Shown: piece by piece, positions 37,608 to 47,063 of the stretch
How the letters are laid out: the number at the start of each line of letters is the position of its first letter
Position numbering within the stretch: position 1 is the stretch's first letter
Origin: a virus
Taxonomy: Duplodnaviria; Caudoviricetes
Direction: 5' to 3' (one strand)
DNA: 64,000 nucleotides
IMG/VR virus record: IMGVR_UViG_2846856033_000001
Span: 22,286 to 86,285 of that record
Position numbers and translations under genes: made by a program
The notes under the pieces: model-generated
What the model was told of the DNA's origin: nothing
Databases searched by the model: none
What the model saw: only the letters and a program-made list of their open reading frames with translations

Positions 37608-40224
37608 ACCTCTATATCATGTTGTTTCGCTATCCGGCGGCAAAGACAGTACCGCAATGCTCCTCGGCATGATTGAACGCGGAATGCAAATCGATTGTAT
37701 TCTCTTCTGCGATACCGGGCTTGAGTTTCCTGCGATGTACGATCATCTGGAAAGACTTGAGCGGGATATCGGCAGATTAATTACACGGATACGCTGCGGG
37801 CAGTCATACGAGTATCTGATGTTCGACACCCCGGTCAAACGAAAAACCGATACGCAGTTTTCTCAGAAATATGGAAACATTCATACCGGCTACGGGTGGG
37901 CGGGACCAAAGATGCGATGGTGTACGGCAAAGCTGAAAGACGGACCTCGAGAACGGTTTCTGCGGCCGCTGCGGGACAAGTATGACGTTATCGAGTACAT
38001 CGGCATCGCAGCGGACGAAGGCTATCGTCTGGAACGCAAACGCAATAAAAACATCTGTCATGTGCACCCGCTTGTCGACTGGGGTATGACTGAATCGGAC
38101 TGTCTCCGTTATTGTTATTACCACGGCTATGACTGGGATGGTTTGTATGAGCATTTCAAGCGTGTGTCCTGCTGGTGCTGTCCGCTACAGTCGCTTTCTG
38201 AACTGCGGCAGCTATATAATCATTACCCGGAACTATGGGCAAACCTTAAAGATTGGGATAAACGGACATGGAGAAAATTTCGCGCCGACTATAGTGTGGA
38301 AGAACTCGAAGCCCGTTTTATTTTTGAAGAACAGCGTCTTGCGGATGGGCTTCCCATCAAAGGCAAGGCGTTTTTTAATGAACTAAAAAACGTCTGGAGG
38401 CGACCGCCGATGAATAAGCTCACCCTCGGCTCTCTTTTTGATGGCTCCGGCGGCTTTCCGCTCGGTGGTCTGCTCTGCGGCATCGAACCGCTGTGGGCTT
38501 CGGAGATTGAGCCGTTCCCGATACGGGTAACGACCAAACGGATACCGCAGATGAAGCACTACGGTGATGTTTCCTCGCTAAACGGCGCGAATTTGCCACC
38601 GGTGGATATTATAACTTTCGGTTCGCCCTGTACCGATATGTCCGTCGCCGGGAAAAGAGTCGGTCTGGACGGAAGCCAATCCGTCCTTTTTTATGAAGCG
38701 ATACGAATTATAAAGGAAATGAGGTGCAAGACCAATGGCAGATACCCAAGATACGCCGTGTGGGAAAACGTCCCCGGCGCATTCAGTTCAAACCAAGGGG
38801 CCGATTTCAAGGCAGTCCTTGAAGCGGTCGTCAGCGTCACCGGGCAAAACACCGAGGTGCCTGCGCCTGACAACGGGCGGTGGCCTTACGCCGACTGCTA
38901 CATGGGAGACGGATGGAGCGTTGCTTACAGAACTATCGACGCGCAATATTTCGGAGTACCCCAGCGCCGCCGCAGAATCTACCTTGTCGCGGATTTTGCA
39001 GGCGAATGTGCCGGAGAAATACTATTTGAGCCGGAAGGCGTGTCAAGGGATTTTGCGCCGTGCGGCAGCCCGTGGCAAAGAACTGCCGGAGATGCTGAGA
39101 ACGGCTCTGGAACAACAGGCAGCGGCATAACCTGCCTGAACGACCAAGGCGGTGACCGTATGGATATCACCGAAGATACGACGGCTACGCTCCGCGCCGA
39201 AGCCCATCACCCGCCCTGCGTGATGCAGTCGAGCGGTTTCTGCACAGAGCACAGCGCCAAAAGCCGAAGCGTCGGCTATGAAGAGGAACGCTCTCCCACG
39301 CTCCGTGCGGGGATTGTGCCGGGTGTCGCGATCGAAAACCATCCCACCGACGGTCGTGTCAAGGTTTCGGAAGACGGCATGGTGCAGACGCTCACTTCCC
39401 GTATGGGTACGGGCGGCATGAACACTCCGCTTGTACTGGACACGCCGAAAACGTTGAAAATTCGTTCCGGCTGTGTGGGTGGTGGCAAAGGCGCGCTGAT
39501 TCAAGACGATATGTCCGCAACCCTCGGCTGTAACAATGACCAGACTGTTTTTGTTCCGACCGCTTACGGTATCTGTTCTGATAAGAGCAATTCCATGATG
39601 TCGGATAATCCTCACAGCGGCATTTACAAAGCGGACACATCCCGCACCATCGATGCAAACGGCGGCAACCCCAGCTGCAATCAAGGCGGTATCGCCGTGG
39701 TTGCCTTGCAGGGTTCCATGATTGGACGCGAGGATGAAAACGGTCCCCAGGGCAGTGGCATTGATGAAAATGTGTCTTTCACATTAAATACGGTCGACCG
39801 CCACGCCATCGCCTATGCTATGACCACAGGCAGCTTTGCACAGGTAACGGAGGAAAAATCGCCAACGCTCATGTCGCGTGACTATAAAGACCCTCCGCTT
39901 GTTAACCAGCCGGACTACATCGTCCGCAGGCTGACGCCAACTGAATGCGCCCGGCTTCAAGGCTTCCCGGACGGCTGGTGCGCCGGTCTCGGCACGGATA
40001 ACCCAACCGAGGATGAAATCGCGTTCTGGGCTGAGGTTTGGGAAACTCACCGCCGTATCATCGGCACAAGCGAAAAGCCCAAGAGCCGCAATCAGATTAT
40101 CAAATGGCTGAACAACCCGCACTCCGATGCCGCCGAATACAAGATGTGGGGCAATGGCGTGGCGCTGCCGTGTGTTTGCTTTGTACTTACAGGGATTGTG
40201 TCGTCTACACAAGAAACCGCTTGA
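37600..40224 (+). CDS. PAPS-reductase-family domain in frame with a C5-cytosine MTase (internal RBS and ATG at 38410)
   Basis: SGGKDS, DTGLEFP, RWC, RVSCWCCP; then FDGSGG, GSPCTD, ENVPG, QRRRR, RLQGFP, GNGV. Confidence 0.88.
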   Translation: MSKPLYHVVSLSGGKDSTAMLLGMIERGMQIDCILFCDTGLEFPAMYDHLERLERDIGRLITRIRCGQSYEYLMFDTPVKRKTDTQFSQKYGNIHTGYGWAGPKMRWCTAKLKDGPRERFLRPLRDKYDVIEYIGIAADEGYRLERKRNKNICHVHPLVDWGMTESDCLRYCYYHGYDWDGLYEHFKRVSCWCCPLQSLSELRQLYNHYPELWANLKDWDKRTWRKFRADYSVEELEARFIFEEQRLADGLPIKGKAFFNELKNVWRRPPMNKLTLGSLFDGSGGFPLGGLLCGIEPLWASEIEPFPIRVTTKRIPQMKHYGDVSSLNGANLPPVDIITFGSPCTDMSVAGKRVGLDGSQSVLFYEAIRIIKEMRCKTNGRYPRYAVWENVPGAFSSNQGADFKAVLEAVVSVTGQNTEVPAPDNGRWPYADCYMGDGWSVAYRTIDAQYFGVPQRRRRIYLVADFAGECAGEILFEPEGVSRDFAPCGSPWQRTAGDAENGSGTTGSGITCLNDQGGDRMDITEDTTATLRAEAHHPPCVMQSSGFCTEHSAKSRSVGYEEERSPTLRAGIVPGVAIENHPTDGRVKVSEDGMVQTLTSRMGTGGMNTPLVLDTPKTLKIRSGCVGGGKGALIQDDMSATLGCNNDQTVFVPTAYGICSDKSNSMMSDNPHSGIYKADTSRTIDANGGNPSCNQGGIAVVALQGSMIGREDENGPQGSGIDENVSFTLNTVDRHAIAYAMTTGSFAQVTEEKSPTLMSRDYKDPPLVNQPDYIVRRLTPTECARLQGFPDGWCAGLGTDNPTEDEIAFWAEVWETHRRIIGTSEKPKSRNQIIKWLNNPHSDAAEYKMWGNGVALPCVCFVLTGIVSSTQETA
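38735..39130 (+). CDS. Nested out-of-frame gene, putative MTase small (beta) subunit
   Basis: GAGGTG RBS 8 nt upstream; LSRILQANVPEKYYLSRKACQGILRRA resembles the C5-MTase variable-region element. Confidence 0.7.
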   Translation: MADTQDTPCGKTSPAHSVQTKGPISRQSLKRSSASPGKTPRCLRLTTGGGLTPTATWETDGALLTELSTRNISEYPSAAAESTLSRILQANVPEKYYLSRKACQGILRRAAARGKELPEMLRTALEQQAAA

Positions 40225-40265
40225 TTATCGGAACATTATTCTCCACATAGATGAGCCCTGAATTG

Positions 40266-40297
40266 CTTGATAAATCAGGCATTTAGAGTGATATATG
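40266..40297 (+). promoter_or_regulatory. 32-bp promoter-like motif, copy 1
   Basis: CTTGATA-N12-AGAGTGATATATG; second copy at 59793-59824. Confidence 0.65.
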
Positions 40298-40329
40298 TAT
40301 GTACCGAAAAGAGAAAGGCGGTATAAACA

Positions 40330-40992
40330 ATGACAATCAACTACAATGTAACAGGCAGCGAGCGCAAACGGCTCGTGCAAACAATCGCGGAAATTATAGA
40401 GTGCGACGCCAAATATAAGGGCGCTCCGACCTTCGCCTACGAGGTGAACTATTTCACCATCGACAAAAACGGCGTCCTATCCTTCGACGACCGTGCCGAC
40501 AGCGAGGAAATCGAAAAGCTCATCGAGGGTCTGGCGGAGCGGGGCTTTGAATTTGACGGGTACGACAAGACCGCGCTTACCATTGAAATGCCCCGCTCGT
40601 TCTTCACAGAAACGGCTCTTGAGAATCTCAGCCGAATGGTGGAAAGCAAAGGCTCGCTCATCAAAAAGGCACTGGGCGTTACCGACCTGTCTATCCTAAA
40701 GGGTGAGGAGACGGTCAGCTTCCCGTGGTTCTCCGATGCAAGCGACCCGGACGCAGTAAAGGCTTATACCCACCTTGTCACTGCGCTCTGTGAGATGGCG
40801 AAAACGCAGAAACGGGTCAGCGCGACCGACAAGCCTGTGGACAACGAAAAGTACGCCTTCCGCTGTCTCCTCCTCCGGCTCGGTTTCATCGGCTCGGAAT
40901 ATAAGGCGGAGCGAAAAATTCTGCTCTCAAAGCTGACAGGCAGCTCAGCGTTCAAACAGAATAACTGCAAGGCGGTGGATGAAGATGAATGA
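40330..40992 (+). CDS. Phage 'virulence-related' hypothetical protein
   Basis: YKGAPTFAY, VSFPWF, NEKYAFRCLLLRLGFIG. Confidence 0.75.
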   Translation: MTINYNVTGSERKRLVQTIAEIIECDAKYKGAPTFAYEVNYFTIDKNGVLSFDDRADSEEIEKLIEGLAERGFEFDGYDKTALTIEMPRSFFTETALENLSRMVESKGSLIKKALGVTDLSILKGEETVSFPWFSDASDPDAVKAYTHLVTALCEMAKTQKRVSATDKPVDNEKYAFRCLLLRLGFIGSEYKAERKILLSKLTGSSAFKQNNCKAVDEDE

Positions 40993-41317
40993 GCTTCCCA
41001 CCGCCTTCTTCGTTGAGTATCCATTTCGCATTGAGGACTTAATCCGTCCTCATTTATCGGAATGGGTGAAACCGTATATAGTGGAAAAGGAAATTAGGCT
41101 CGGTAAAATTGATTACGAAAACTTTATAACCGACTTATGTGTTGACAGATGGTTTATAGAAAAATACACGAATCTTTGTAGCATAGACGAAAACGGAGTT
41201 TGGCATTGTGTTTTGGTAAGGCAAAAAGGAAAATCCGAGGGCGTGTTGGTTATGTCGGAAGGTAGAGTTTTTCCTAAATGGGCTGCGTATTTGCCAAGTG
41301 AGGAGGTAGCTGAATGA
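40985..41317 (+). CDS. Hypothetical protein
   Basis: Overlap-coupled to both neighbours; IDYENFITDL. Confidence 0.65.
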   Translation: MNELPTAFFVEYPFRIEDLIRPHLSEWVKPYIVEKEIRLGKIDYENFITDLCVDRWFIEKYTNLCSIDENGVWHCVLVRQKGKSEGVLVMSEGRVFPKWAAYLPSEEVAE

Positions 41318-41544
41318 ACATACATCCTGAAATACTCAAACAATTAAGAGATTGCTTTACGCCCGGAACCCGTGTGGAGCTTATTCGTATGGACGATGTT
41401 CAGGCACCGCCCGTAGGTACAAAAGGTACGGTCGTCGGCGTGGACGACATAGGCTCCATCATGGTCAACTGGGATAACGGCAGTGGTTTGAATGTGGTAT
41501 ACGGCGAGGATATCTGCCGGAAGGTCGGTAACGGTGATGAATAA
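41314..41544 (+). CDS. DUF4314 protein
   Basis: PGTRVELIRMDD, GTKGTVVGVDDIGSIMVNWDNGS. Confidence 0.88.
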   Translation: MNIHPEILKQLRDCFTPGTRVELIRMDDVQAPPVGTKGTVVGVDDIGSIMVNWDNGSGLNVVYGEDICRKVGNGDE

Positions 41545-41836
41545 TAACGTTTTACATGATTTTTATTACGGCAACATCGTCCCCAACGAAAAGCGGTTCG
41601 TGCTTAATTCTGAATTCGGTCGCGCAGCGAAAGAAATTTCCGAAGCCGACGAGTATCTTCACTCAATATTGGACGAAGCGGGACTCGCTGTTCTGGATAA
41701 GCTCACTTCGGCGCAAATGACACTGGATTCCATCACCGCCGAAGAAAACTATATTGATGGCTTTAAAACAGGGGCGAGATTCGTACTTGCTATTATGGAT
41801 GACCTGCATGGCGATACCCGTCCGGTCACTGAATAG
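41537..41836 (+). CDS. DUF6809-like small protein
   Basis: LHDFYYGNIVPNE...YIDGFKTGA. Confidence 0.65.
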   Translation: MNNNVLHDFYYGNIVPNEKRFVLNSEFGRAAKEISEADEYLHSILDEAGLAVLDKLTSAQMTLDSITAEENYIDGFKTGARFVLAIMDDLHGDTRPVTE

Positions 41837-41952
41837 GTATAAATAACTTCGTAGAACAGCGCCGGAAACGGCTCTGTTTCTCGTACAGATAGATTTTGAG
41901 GGCTTGCCGACGGCAGGTCTATTTTTATGCTCTGCGAAAGGAGGCGGCGGGT

Positions 41953-43554
41953 ATACGAAAACTTAAAAAATACAATCCCACCCGGTTCAAAGCTGCGGAT
42001 TCGGTTTACGACAAGGCCGCCGCCGATTATGCCGTAACTTTCGTCGAAGCCCTCTCCCATACAAAAGGAACATGGGCAGGAAAGCCCTTTGAACTGATCG
42101 ACTGGCAGGAGCAGATTATCCGTGATGTGTTTGGCACTTTGAAATCCAACGGCTACCGACAGTTCAATACCGCCTATGTGGAGATTCCAAAGAAGATGGG
42201 CAAATCCGAGCTTGCGGCGGCGGTCGCACTGCTGCTCACCTGCGGAGATAACGAAGAGCGCGCCGAGGTTTACGGCTGCGCCGCCGACCGTAACCAGGCG
42301 TCAATAGTTTTCAATGTGGCGGCGGATATGGTCCGGATGTGTCCGGCGCTGGCAAAACGGGTTAAAATCCTTGATTCCATGAAGCGGCTAATCTATCTGC
42401 CGACCGGGAGTATTTATCAGGTGCTGTCGGCGGACGTCGGCAACAAGCACGGCTTCAACACCCACGGCGTGGTATTTGACGAACTGCATACCCAGCCAAA
42501 CCGAAAACTCTATGACGTAATGACCAAAGGCAGCGGCGACGCGAGAATGCAGCCGCTGTATTTTCTTATCACCACCGCCGGGGACAATCAGCACAGCATC
42601 TGCTGGGAGGTTCATCAAAAGGCGCTTGACATCCTCGACGGCAGGAAGCACGACCCCACCTTATATCCCGTCATCTACGGCGCGGCACAGGAGGACGACT
42701 GGACTGACCCTAAGGTGTGGAAGAAAGCGAATCCGTCACTTGGCATCACGGTCGGCATGGATAAGGTCAAAGCTGCCTTCGAATCGGCACGGCAGAATCC
42801 AGCCGAGGAGAACAGCTTCCGTCAGCTTCGCTTGAATCAGTGGGTCAAACAGGCGGTGCGTTGGATGCCGATGGACAAATGGGATAAATGCGCATTCCCC
42901 GTAAACACAGATAGTCTGCAAGGGCGTGTCTGCTACGGAGGACTCGACCTTTCGTCCTCCACTGATATTACGGCGTTCGTGCTGGTATTCCCGCCGGAGG
43001 ACGAGGCGGACAAATACATCGTTCTGCCGTTTTTCTGGATTCCGGAGGATAATGTGGATTTTCGTGTGCGAAGAGACCATGTGAATTACGACATCTGGAA
43101 GAAGCAGGGATATCTTGAAACCACCGAGGGCAACGTCGTGCATTACGGCTTCATCGAAAGATTCATCGAGGAACTCGGCACCAAGTACAACATCCGTGAG
43201 ATTGCCTTTGACCGCTGGGGTGCTGTGCAAATGACGCAGAACCTTGAAAACCTCGGCTTCACGGTCGTGCCGTTCGGTCAGGGCTTCAAGGATATGTCCC
43301 CTCCAACAAAGGAATTGATGAAGCTGACACTGGAGCAGAAAATCGCTCACGGTGGTCACCCAATTTTACGGTGGATGATGGACAACATCTTCATCCGTAC
43401 CGACCCGGCGGGCAACATCAAAGCGGATAAAGAAAAGTCCACCGAGAAAATAGACGGCGCGGTGGCAACCATTATGGCGCTTGACAGGGCGATTCGGTGT
43501 GGAAATGAAAGCGGTTCTTCGGTTTATGATGATCGCGGGCTGCTTGTTTTTTAG
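41953..43554 (+). CDS. terL: Terminase large subunit (likely ATA start)
   Basis: IPKKMGKSE, VVFDELH, ITTAG, GGLDLS, KIDG; AAGGAGG 8 nt before ATA. Confidence 0.93.
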   Translation: MRKLKKYNPTRFKAADSVYDKAAADYAVTFVEALSHTKGTWAGKPFELIDWQEQIIRDVFGTLKSNGYRQFNTAYVEIPKKMGKSELAAAVALLLTCGDNEERAEVYGCAADRNQASIVFNVAADMVRMCPALAKRVKILDSMKRLIYLPTGSIYQVLSADVGNKHGFNTHGVVFDELHTQPNRKLYDVMTKGSGDARMQPLYFLITTAGDNQHSICWEVHQKALDILDGRKHDPTLYPVIYGAAQEDDWTDPKVWKKANPSLGITVGMDKVKAAFESARQNPAEENSFRQLRLNQWVKQAVRWMPMDKWDKCAFPVNTDSLQGRVCYGGLDLSSSTDITAFVLVFPPEDEADKYIVLPFFWIPEDNVDFRVRRDHVNYDIWKKQGYLETTEGNVVHYGFIERFIEELGTKYNIREIAFDRWGAVQMTQNLENLGFTVVPFGQGFKDMSPPTKELMKLTLEQKIAHGGHPILRWMMDNIFIRTDPAGNIKADKEKSTEKIDGAVATIMALDRAIRCGNESGSSVYDDRGLLVF

Positions 43555-43566
43555 TAAAGGAGAGTG

Positions 43567-44832
43567 ATGTCTATGGGAATATTTCAAGGAATATTCAAGG
43601 CGCGCGACAAGCCTAATAACAGTCTGGGCGGCAGCCGTTACAGCTTCCTTTTCGGCGGCACGACAGCCGGAAAGCCTGTCAACGAGCATACCGCCATGCA
43701 GATGACCGCTGTGTACTCATGCGTCCGAATTCTATCAGAAACTATCGCAGGACTTCCGCTTCATGTGTACCGCTACAACGATACAGGCGGCAAGGAGAAA
43801 AGCCTGCAACACCCGCTATATAAGCTGCTCCACGATGAGCCGAACCCTGAGATGACTTCATTCGCGTTCCGGGAAACGCTGATGAGTCATCTTTTATTAT
43901 GGGGCAACGCTTATGCGCAAATTATCCGCAACGCACGTGGAGAGGTGATCGCCCTCTACCCGCTTATGCCCAACAAAATGACAGTCGACCGTGATTCAAA
44001 CGGCCGGCTTTTTTATTTGTATCAGCGAAGCACCGATGATGCACCGACGCTCGGTAAAGACAGCCAGGTATACCTTGGCCCGTCCGATGTGCTGCACATT
44101 CCCGGCCTGGGCTTTGACGGTCTGGTTGGGTATTCGCCCATTGCGATGGCAAAGAACGCCGTGGGATTGGCAATCGCCACCGAGGAATATGGGGCGAAGT
44201 TCTTCGCCAACGGAGCCGCGCCGGGCGGCGTGCTGGAGCATCCCGGTACTATTAAAGACCCGCAGAAGGTCAAGGAAAGCTGGAACTCCGCCTACCAAGG
44301 CTCGACGAACGCACACAGGGTGGCTGTGCTGGAAGAAGGCATGAAGTACCAAGCCATCGGCATCTCGCCCGAACAGGCGCAGTTTTTGGAAACACGGAAG
44401 TTCCAGATCAATGAAATTGCCCGCATTTTCAGGATACCGCCGCATATGCTCGCCGACCTCGAAAAATCATCCTTCAGCAACATCGAGCAGCAGTCGCTGG
44501 AATTTGTAAAATATACACTCGACCCGTGGGTGGTGCGCTGGGAGCAGTCCATGTGCCGCGCCCTGCTGATGGAGAGCGAAAAGCCCACTGTGTTCATCAA
44601 GTTCAATGTAGACGGCCTTCTGCGTGGCGATTATCAGAGCCGTATGAACGGGTACGCCACGGCAAGACAGAACGGATGGATGAGTGCAAACGACATCCGG
44701 GAGCTTGAAAACCTCGACCGTATTCCAGTGGAGCTTGGCGGCGATCTCTATCTCATCAACGGTGCGATGACCAAATTACAGGACGCGGGCGCGTTCGCAA
44801 ATACAACAGGAACGGAGGAAAAAACCGAATGA
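43567..44832 (+). CDS. HK97-family portal protein
   Basis: AVYSCVRIL, LLWGNAY, VLHI...GYSPI, FANGA, IARIFRIP. Confidence 0.95.
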   Translation: MSMGIFQGIFKARDKPNNSLGGSRYSFLFGGTTAGKPVNEHTAMQMTAVYSCVRILSETIAGLPLHVYRYNDTGGKEKSLQHPLYKLLHDEPNPEMTSFAFRETLMSHLLLWGNAYAQIIRNARGEVIALYPLMPNKMTVDRDSNGRLFYLYQRSTDDAPTLGKDSQVYLGPSDVLHIPGLGFDGLVGYSPIAMAKNAVGLAIATEEYGAKFFANGAAPGGVLEHPGTIKDPQKVKESWNSAYQGSTNAHRVAVLEEGMKYQAIGISPEQAQFLETRKFQINEIARIFRIPPHMLADLEKSSFSNIEQQSLEFVKYTLDPWVVRWEQSMCRALLMESEKPTVFIKFNVDGLLRGDYQSRMNGYATARQNGWMSANDIRELENLDRIPVELGGDLYLINGAMTKLQDAGAFANTTGTEEKTE

Positions 44833-45527
44833 AGAACTTCTGGAACTGGGCAAAGGATGAAGAATCCGGTGCCCGAACGCTCTTCCTCGACGGCACGATT
44901 GCCGAGGAAAGCTGGTTTGACGATGATGTCACCCCGAAAGCATTCAAAGCTGATTTGACTGCCGGAGAGGGTGGCATTGTTATTTGGATCAACTCACCCG
45001 GCGGCGATTGTATTGCGGCAAGTCAGATTTACGCCATGCTCATGGATTACAAAGGCTCGGTAACAGTCAAGATCGACGGTATTGCGGCTTCGGCGGCAAG
45101 CGTTATCGCTATGGCGGGAACGAAGGTGCTCATGGCACCCACGGCGCTGATGATGGTGCATAACCCGCTGACCATCGCAATCGGCGACAGCGAAGAGATG
45201 CAGAAAGCCATCGCCATGCTCGACGAGGTCAAGGAGAGCATCATCAACGCCTATGAAATCAAGACCGGGCAGTCCCGTGCAAAGCTTTCCCACCTCATGG
45301 ATGCGGAAACTTGGCTCAACGCTAATAAAGCCATAGAACTGGGTTTTGCGGACGGCGTTCTGGAGGATGAAAAGAAACGTGTGCAGGCCGAGGATATCAC
45401 CTACGCTTTCAGCCGCCGGGCAGTCACGAACTCTCTATTGAACAAGCTGTCCCCCAAGAAACCGCCTGTGAAAACAGGCACACCCGTTGAGTCGCTGGAG
45501 AAGCGGCTCTCTTTAATTTCACACTAA
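44829..45527 (+). CDS. ClpP-type prohead protease
   Basis: INSPGG, AASAAS, MVHNP, ETWL. Confidence 0.93.
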   Translation: MKNFWNWAKDEESGARTLFLDGTIAEESWFDDDVTPKAFKADLTAGEGGIVIWINSPGGDCIAASQIYAMLMDYKGSVTVKIDGIAASAASVIAMAGTKVLMAPTALMMVHNPLTIAIGDSEEMQKAIAMLDEVKESIINAYEIKTGQSRAKLSHLMDAETWLNANKAIELGFADGVLEDEKKRVQAEDITYAFSRRAVTNSLLNKLSPKKPPVKTGTPVESLEKRLSLISH

Positions 45528-45546
45528 TTTATAGGAGGAAAAACAC

Positions 45547-46734
45547 ATGAGTAAAATTCTTGAACTGCGCGAGAAGCGCACAAAGGCGTGGGAAGCGGCC
45601 AAGGCTTTCCTCGATACCAAGCGCGGTGCGGACGGTCTGGTCTCCGCCGAGGATACCGCCACCTACGACAAAATGGAAGCCGATGTCGTGGCACTCGGTA
45701 AAGAAATCGACCGCCTGGAAAAGCAGGAAGCCCTCGATCGCGAGCTTTCCAAGCCGCTGAACACCCCGCTTACCGGCAAACCCGCTGTTCCCGGCATGGA
45801 GATCAAGACGGGTACTGCTGCCGCTGAATACAAAAAGGCAATGCTGGACGCTCTGCGCTCAAACTTCAAGAGGATCAGCAATGTCCTGCAGGAAGGCATC
45901 GACGCAAACGGCGGTTATCTTGTCCCCGACGAGTACGATAGCCGCCTGATTGACGGGTTGACCGAGGAGAATATCTTCCGTAAGCTTGGCACTACCATCA
46001 AAACGAGCGGCGAACACAAAATCAACATTGCCGCCACGAAGCCCGCAGCGGCATGGATTGAGGAGGGCGGTAACCTCACTTTCGGAGACGCGACATTCGC
46101 ACAGATTATCCTCGACGCGCACAAGCTTCATGTGGCGGTAAAGGTCACCGAAGAACTGCTCTACGACAACGCTTTCAACCTTGAAAACTATATTCTGACG
46201 CAATTTACCAAAGCTCTCGCCAACACCGAGGAGGATGCGTTCCTCAACGGCGACGGCACGGGCAAGCCCCTCGGTATCTTCGATGCAACAGGCGGCGGAC
46301 AGGTCGGCGTGACCACTTCCGGCAGTTCCATTACAGCCGATGAAGCGATTAACCTTGTGTACACACTGAAACGTCCGTACCGCAAGAACGCGGCGTTTAT
46401 CACCAACGACCAGACGCTTTCCGTGCTGCGTAAGCTGAAGGACAACAACAGCGCATATATATGGCAGCCCTCCTATCAGGCGGGCGAGCCGGATAGACTT
46501 CTCGGTTATCCCGTTTACACTTCGGCGTATGTTCCCGTCATCGCCGTCGGTGCGCCGGTTATGGCATTCGGCGACTACAGCTATTACAACATCGGCGATC
46601 GCGGCTCCCGTTCCTTCGCGGAACTCAAGGAACTGTTCGCCGGTCAAGGCATGGTTGGATTCGTCGCCAAAGAGCGCGTGGACGGCAAGCTGGTATTGCC
46701 TGAAGCCGTACAGATTCTGAAAATCAAGGCTTAA
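45547..46734 (+). CDS. HK97-fold major capsid protein
   Basis: Coiled-coil delta domain, GGYLVP, VTEELL, NGDGTGKPLG, LLGYPV. Confidence 0.95.
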   Translation: MSKILELREKRTKAWEAAKAFLDTKRGADGLVSAEDTATYDKMEADVVALGKEIDRLEKQEALDRELSKPLNTPLTGKPAVPGMEIKTGTAAAEYKKAMLDALRSNFKRISNVLQEGIDANGGYLVPDEYDSRLIDGLTEENIFRKLGTTIKTSGEHKINIAATKPAAAWIEEGGNLTFGDATFAQIILDAHKLHVAVKVTEELLYDNAFNLENYILTQFTKALANTEEDAFLNGDGTGKPLGIFDATGGGQVGVTTSGSSITADEAINLVYTLKRPYRKNAAFITNDQTLSVLRKLKDNNSAYIWQPSYQAGEPDRLLGYPVYTSAYVPVIAVGAPVMAFGDYSYYNIGDRGSRSFAELKELFAGQGMVGFVAKERVDGKLVLPEAVQILKIKA

Positions 46735-46752
46735 TGAAAGGACGGTGGCGGT

Positions 46753-47061
46753 ATGACGCTGCTTGAGAAAGTCAAAGCAAATCTCATTCTGGAACACACG
46801 GCGGACGATGAACTACTGCAGATGTACATCACCGCCGCCGTTAAATATGCTGAAAGCTATCAGCATCTTGCAGAAGACTACTACTCCGGCCATCAGATGC
46901 CGCCTACCACAGAGCAAGCCGTCATTATGCTGTCGTCCCATTTCTATGAATCCAGGGACGGCAGCACGGGCGGCTTTTTTGCCGACAATGTGCAGGCGGG
47001 ACAGCAGGTTTGGGACACAGTCAATCTGCTTCTGCGGCTCGACCGGGATTGGAAGGTGTGA
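46753..47061 (+). CDS. Head-tail connector (gp6-like)
   Basis: LEKVKANL...DDELL...SHFYESR. Confidence 0.85.
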   Translation: MTLLEKVKANLILEHTADDELLQMYITAAVKYAESYQHLAEDYYSGHQMPPTTEQAVIMLSSHFYESRDGSTGGFFADNVQAGQQVWDTVNLLLRLDRDWKV

Positions 47062-47063
47062 GC

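Noticed and set aside
45859-46797. Long antisense ORFs (also 22045-22953, 28044-28901, 54347-55375, 18171-18989)
   Set aside because: They shadow well-supported genes on the opposite strand and show no RBS or recognisable motifs.
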